Source: Promethearchaeota archaeon (lineage in GTDB: Archaea > Asgardarchaeota > Lokiarchaeia > Sigyniarchaeales > SOKP01). Taken from it: a stretch of 64,000 bases of DNA. Below the pieces are notes generated by a model that worked only from the letters and a program-made list of their open reading frames with translations, was not told where the DNA came from and did no database searches. Both the position numbers and the translations under genes were made by a program. Shown piece by piece: positions 59,331 through 64,000 of the stretch; position 1 is the stretch's first letter; each line of letters opens with the position of its first letter. The stretch covers positions 224,001 through 288,000 of the forward strand of contig JAUVNS010000003.1 of assembly GCA_030599585.1 (NCBI GenBank). The letters run 5' to 3'.

Positions 59331-60971
59331 ATGAGATATATGAAGGATTCTGAGAAAGTCGGAATTATTAGCACAGATCATAGAAAATTTGCTAAAAATG
59401 CCTTTTACTCTTTGTTCAATAGTTATGGAATTTTTATTTTTCAAATAATTATTTCTTTTTTTATGGCGAGATTAATTTCGCGAGAATTATGGGGTTTTTT
59501 GCTTTTAGCAATGTCCTACATTAGCATTGTTTCACTAATATTATCTTTTTTTCCTCCAGCTCTAACTTTTTCATTAAATTATTATATTCCAAGATATGTT
59601 ACTTTGAATCAAAATAATAACTTAAAAAGGATGATAAAAGTCGGTCTTTATCTTAAAGCTATATTTGCATTAATAATTTTTTTCATAAGTTTAATTATAT
59701 TTTATATATTGCAACCCTTTTTTGCTACATATTTATTAGACTACACTCATCTTTTATTCCTTTTATCACCTCTCATTTTTATAATGGGCTTAAGTACCTT
59801 ATTAGATTCTATTTACCAGGGCTTATTTAAATATAAACTAATCTTCCTCTTAACCTTATTAAAATTTTCTTTTTATATTACGGCTCTTATAATATGTTTA
59901 ATATCTGGAATAACTAATCTTGAATTAATTGCGATAATAAATTTATTGTCATACCTAATTCCATTTATAATTAGCTGTCTAATTTTTATAAAAATTTATT
60001 TAAATATTAAACCTACTGAAGAACCAAAAGACTCTTTTAAAAAGGTTCTTTCTAAAATGACAAAATATGGAACTCCTTTAAGTATTAGTATATTCTTAAA
60101 TGAAACTTGGAAACAATTTCAGACTCCTATAATAGGTGGGTATGAACCCCTAAGTACAATAACTGGTTTTACTATCTCAAAATATTATTCTCAAATCTCT
60201 CTAACTGCAGCAGCGTCTTTTTCCAACCCCTTAATCACATCTTTTTCCAGTTTAGATATTAAAAATGAACACAAACAAATTGTTCAAATATATAATATGA
60301 CCTTTAAATTTTCGTTATTTTTTATGTTATTAATTTCAGGGGGATTATACATTTTAACTGATTTTTTTCTAATGTTGGTTTATGGAGAATCATACTTAAT
60401 TTACTCAACAATTGTTAAATTATACTTAATAACGATAATTTTTACAATTTTAGGAAACATATTTATACCACTCTTAAATGCAAAAAACAAGATCAAAATT
60501 ATACCCTTATTAACAATTATCAATTTATTCATAATTATACCCTCCTTCTTTATTGGAATTATTTTTTATGGTATAATTGGTGCTATCATTGGCCTTATAA
60601 TCTCAAAATTCATTGTATTCATAATTCAGCTTATATTAAGCATTAAAATTGGAAATGTTAAAATAAAAATCAATAAAATATTTTTCCAATATTTGATATT
60701 TTTTATTTCTTTATTCTCAGCTGTTATTTTGGAAGAACTATTATTCAGAGAGATGCGAATAGATGTTCTCCAAAATCTTAATTTATTATTTTTTAAAAAT
60801 CTAAATGTATTAGGTTTAATATCGTTCCTAATAATATATCTTATTTTGAACATACTTTTTAAAATTTTTTCTCCCAAAGAAATCGAAATTTTAGAAGCTT
60901 TACTAAGTTCTGATAAATTCCAATATCGTTTTATCAAGAAGTTTTTGAAATTCTTAAAAAAAATCCTATAA
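59331..60971 (+). CDS. Oligosaccharide flippase (Wzx/MOP family)
   Basis: About 14 TM segments; KNAFYS...ARLIS.E.WG; YGIIGAIIG. Confidence 0.85.
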   Translation: MRYMKDSEKVGIISTDHRKFAKNAFYSLFNSYGIFIFQIIISFFMARLISRELWGFLLLAMSYISIVSLILSFFPPALTFSLNYYIPRYVTLNQNNNLKRMIKVGLYLKAIFALIIFFISLIIFYILQPFFATYLLDYTHLLFLLSPLIFIMGLSTLLDSIYQGLFKYKLIFLLTLLKFSFYITALIICLISGITNLELIAIINLLSYLIPFIISCLIFIKIYLNIKPTEEPKDSFKKVLSKMTKYGTPLSISIFLNETWKQFQTPIIGGYEPLSTITGFTISKYYSQISLTAAASFSNPLITSFSSLDIKNEHKQIVQIYNMTFKFSLFFMLLISGGLYILTDFFLMLVYGESYLIYSTIVKLYLITIIFTILGNIFIPLLNAKNKIKIIPLLTIINLFIIIPSFFIGIIFYGIIGAIIGLIISKFIVFIIQLILSIKIGNVKIKINKIFFQYLIFFISLFSAVILEELLFREMRIDVLQNLNLLFFKNLNVLGLISFLIIYLILNILFKIFSPKEIEILEALLSSDKFQYRFIKKFLKFLKKIL

Positions 60972-60998
60972 GAGATAGAGCTGTTAAGTATCTCTTTT

Positions 60999-61853
60999 TT
61001 ATTCTATCTTTTTATAATAGCTAAATAAATGATCAAAAATAGGGAGTCTGTTAATAAAGGATTTATCAACGAAATACATAAACTTGTTAAACAATGCATT
61101 GATTACTGGTATTCTTTTAAACGGATTGAAAATACCCCCTGAGGAATAATATCTTTTGATAAGTTTAAAATTATACTTATTTAAATATGAATCCAAAAAC
61201 CTTGTAGAGAAAAAGTTAAGATGCTCAGGTGGAACATACATATGCCATCTTTTGTGAAATCTCATTAATAATTTTTCTCTTAAGGATTCATGGGTTGGAA
61301 TCAATATTACTAATAACCCATTTTTATTAATAATTGAGCTTAATTTATCCAAAAAACTGAGGGGGTCAATCAAATGCTCTAAAATGTTATAAGCAGAAAC
61401 TAGGTCATATTTTTTATTAAAATTTATACTTTCAAGATTCTTATTATATATTTTCAAACCTCTCTTATTTGCAATCTCGGTACAATAATTAGAGATTTCA
61501 ACCCCTTCTCTTATTATTGCATCGTTAAAATGCATTAAAAAGTCCCCCGTTCTACAACCAACATCCAATATTAATTTTGGTGTTTTATTTAGTATTTGAA
61601 GGATATACCTTTTTTGATCCTCCCAATATTGGGTTTTTAAAAATGTAATTGATAGGTTTTTTTTACTCAAGGCGAGTTTTTCATACATTTCATTAATTGA
61701 TACATCATGTTGATGTACATTAAAAAATCGGCTTAAGCAATGCTTACATTCATATAAAATATAGTTCTTTTCGGGATAAAAGGGCGAATTTATAGATTTA
61801 GAGCGAATAACATCACTATTATTGCAAAATTTGCATATCATTTTGATATTCAC
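60999..61853 (-). CDS. Class I SAM methyltransferase with N-terminal Zn motif
   Basis: CKFC...CKHC, ILDVGCRTG, ILEHL.DP, PPEHLNFF. Confidence 0.87.
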   Translation of the reverse strand: MNIKMICKFCNNSDVIRSKSINSPFYPEKNYILYECKHCLSRFFNVHQHDVSINEMYEKLALSKKNLSITFLKTQYWEDQKRYILQILNKTPKLILDVGCRTGDFLMHFNDAIIREGVEISNYCTEIANKRGLKIYNKNLESINFNKKYDLVSAYNILEHLIDPLSFLDKLSSIINKNGLLVILIPTHESLREKLLMRFHKRWHMYVPPEHLNFFSTRFLDSYLNKYNFKLIKRYYSSGGIFNPFKRIPVINALFNKFMYFVDKSFINRLPIFDHLFSYYKKIE

Positions 61854-61918
61854 TCCTTATAATTGTTTTCAATATTACATACCATAAATTATTTTTATTT
61901 TACGATTTTATAATCTAT

Positions 61919-63166
61919 ATGAGGATTGCTTTAATAACAGATGCGTTTTATCCATTAAAGGGTGGAATAAGTCATCATTTGAATTCATTATGTAAAGCAT
62001 TTCAAAATAAAGATCATAAACTATATGTCTTCAATCCATATTATAAAAGCGATCGAATTTTTAATAACCTAATTGTAAGTATAAAGCATTTAAAAATTAA
62101 TAAGCAATTTTTTTATTACTTATTTATCTCAATAAATAAATTACTTAGAGATAAAAACACATCATTAAAAGATAAATTAAAGATATTATTTTATTTAGGG
62201 ATTAATCCAAGAAATCTAGTTATCGTTTTTAATAATGTTGTAAATATTATACCTTACTTAAGAAAATCGAATGTTGATATTATAGTTGGGGGATTCCCTT
62301 CTAAAACCCTCCCTTTAATATTTTTCCTCTCAAAGATACTAAATAAAAAAGCTATTTCTTTTACCTATGGAAATGATTTTTTAAAAAATAAGCCCTTAGA
62401 GAAAACCTTTCATTTAAAGACAATTTATTTCAAAAATATTAACAAAGTAATAGTTTTGGGGAATACAACTAAATTTTTCTTTCAAAGAATTCATAATATA
62501 AATGAATCGAAAATCGAAATTCTACCTCTAGCCATCTTTCCAGAAGATTATACAATAAAGGAATCAAGAGAGGAATTAAGAAAAAAATATAATCTCTCAG
62601 ATAAAACATTTTTAATTTTAAGTGTTGGATGGCATGTTCCAAGGAAAAAATTTGATTTGGTGATTAGAGCTATAAAAATTCTTAAAGAAAAGCGACCAAA
62701 TTCAGATATTCAATATTTTTCAGTTGGTAAAGGGCCCTCCACAAAATATTTGAAAAACTTAACTAAAGAATTAGAATTGGAAGATACGATTAAATTTTTT
62801 GGAGAATGTGAGAATAATATTAGAAATGAATTATACAAGTTATCAGATATTTTTGTTATGCCCTCAATTACAACAAATGATTCAATTGAAGGTTTTGGGC
62901 TAGTATTTTTAGAAGCAAATTATTATAAAGTTCCCGTTATTGGTTCATATTCCGGTGGAATTAGAGATGCGGTTAAAAATGGGAATACAGGATTATTAAC
63001 AAAGCAAAATGATTTAGAAGATTTAATTGAAAAGATTTTATATCTATATGACAAAGAAGAAATAAGAATTGAAATGGGAAAAAATGGACATAATAGAGTT
63101 ATGAATGAATTTCTATGGGAGAAACGATATTATGATTTTATTAATATCTTACAGAAAGTAATTTAA
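61919..63166 (+). CDS. GT4 glycosyltransferase
   Basis: GGISHH, EGFGLVFLEAN, SGGIRDAV. Confidence 0.9.
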   Translation: MRIALITDAFYPLKGGISHHLNSLCKAFQNKDHKLYVFNPYYKSDRIFNNLIVSIKHLKINKQFFYYLFISINKLLRDKNTSLKDKLKILFYLGINPRNLVIVFNNVVNIIPYLRKSNVDIIVGGFPSKTLPLIFFLSKILNKKAISFTYGNDFLKNKPLEKTFHLKTIYFKNINKVIVLGNTTKFFFQRIHNINESKIEILPLAIFPEDYTIKESREELRKKYNLSDKTFLILSVGWHVPRKKFDLVIRAIKILKEKRPNSDIQYFSVGKGPSTKYLKNLTKELELEDTIKFFGECENNIRNELYKLSDIFVMPSITTNDSIEGFGLVFLEANYYKVPVIGSYSGGIRDAVKNGNTGLLTKQNDLEDLIEKILYLYDKEEIRIEMGKNGHNRVMNEFLWEKRYYDFINILQKVI

Positions 63167-63189
63167 TCATTATTGGATAAATTAGTCTA

Positions 63190-63987
63190 TTAATTAGAAA
63201 TCTTAAATAGAATTAATGAATTTTCTTTAATTTCGCTCGTTTTTCGTTTTATCTCATCCACCTGACTAATTTTTATTGCATGAACTTCAAAGAAATCTAA
63301 TATTACTTTTTTACTGTCAATTAAATGAATGAAATATTCAAGATTTTTTTTAAAGTCCCATCTTATATATGAATATGGATATTTAACACCTTTAATATAA
63401 TTTCTATCATTTAGTCCCTTGTCATAAAGAGATATGCTGTGTAAATCAATTTTATGATTGCAATTTATTTTAGAAATGATCTCATTCATTTCAGGTGTTG
63501 AGGAGTCGTAAATTATGGTATTAATAGAAGTTTCATTCAATTTATTAACTTCGCTATCAAAATCAACTAAAAAAACATATGCTCCAGATAATTTGATTAA
63601 CCTCTCTAATAAGATTGAGAAAAAATTTCTCTTAACAATTGCTATGTTCTGATTCAAAAGAGGCTCTACCTGTCTCAGAATTTTCATAGCATAAGAGGCA
63701 TATGGCAATACTGCGATTAGCTTTTCATTATTGTTAATAGCGATTTTTACTATCTGGTTAGCTGATAATGTTAACTCAGAACTTTGTTTACGCGAAATAT
63801 ATCCAATTAATTCATTGATTTTGAAGTTGTATACCTTTTGACTAATAGATTTAATAATACCTCCACAGAAAATAGGAGTAGTAACGTTTTCTCTGTGAAA
63901 AACAACGTCGTCACTATAAGTAGAAAAAATAGCATACCTATTTTCAATTTGAACCGGATCAATTATGTTATTAGTATTTATCAACAT
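63190..63987 (-). CDS. Degenerate MDR/Zn-ADH-like protein
   Basis: YIKGVKYPYSYIRWDFKKNLEYFIHLI resembles the DYP..YVRW...N...FL motif of glycan-locus bi-domain oxidoreductases; no intact GxGxxG. Confidence 0.4.
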   Translation of the reverse strand: MLINTNNIIDPVQIENRYAIFSTYSDDVVFHRENVTTPIFCGGIIKSISQKVYNFKINELIGYISRKQSSELTLSANQIVKIAINNNEKLIAVLPYASYAMKILRQVEPLLNQNIAIVKRNFFSILLERLIKLSGAYVFLVDFDSEVNKLNETSINTIIYDSSTPEMNEIISKINCNHKIDLHSISLYDKGLNDRNYIKGVKYPYSYIRWDFKKNLEYFIHLIDSKKVILDFFEVHAIKISQVDEIKRKTSEIKENSLILFKISN

Positions 63988-64000
63988 TTTAATTTTAATT

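Noticed and set aside
1-64000. CRISPR arrays, rRNA genes, transposases or integrases
   Set aside because: No spaced repeats, rRNA-like tracts or DDE/tyrosine-recombinase catalytic motifs were seen.

Overview
AT-rich archaeal DNA, most consistent with Asgard Lokiarchaeia (Promethearchaeota). The evidence is E1 and E2 ubiquitin enzymes, Rab- and Arf-like GTPases, roadblock and longin domains, a Loki-type LRR protein, a C-terminal PGY-TM sorting signal and an intron-containing tRNA-Tyr. The left ~43 kb mixes metabolic, regulatory and eukaryotic-signature genes; the right ~20 kb is a surface-glycan biosynthesis locus. The top candidate for an undescribed system is absent from the ORF track: a 64-codon single-TM ORF (2586-2780) with an in-frame UGA in a GGG-U-P-S-T-C (UxxC) context, followed at once by a kink-turn SECIS-like hairpin (2777-2840). 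This is a candidate small membrane selenoprotein with SelK/SelS-like architecture. Other leads: an unassigned ~150-nt structured RNA (17626-17778, minus strand), a split PEP-synthase-type phosphotransferase with an unknown acceptor subunit (8086-10779), a TIGR04255/PemK-like three-gene module (11591-14081), an E2 with a Ube2G/Cdc34-length loop, a 14-repeat rod protein, and a longin-GTPase that appears to start at ATT. All family calls come from motif recognition by eye; no searches or folding programs were run.
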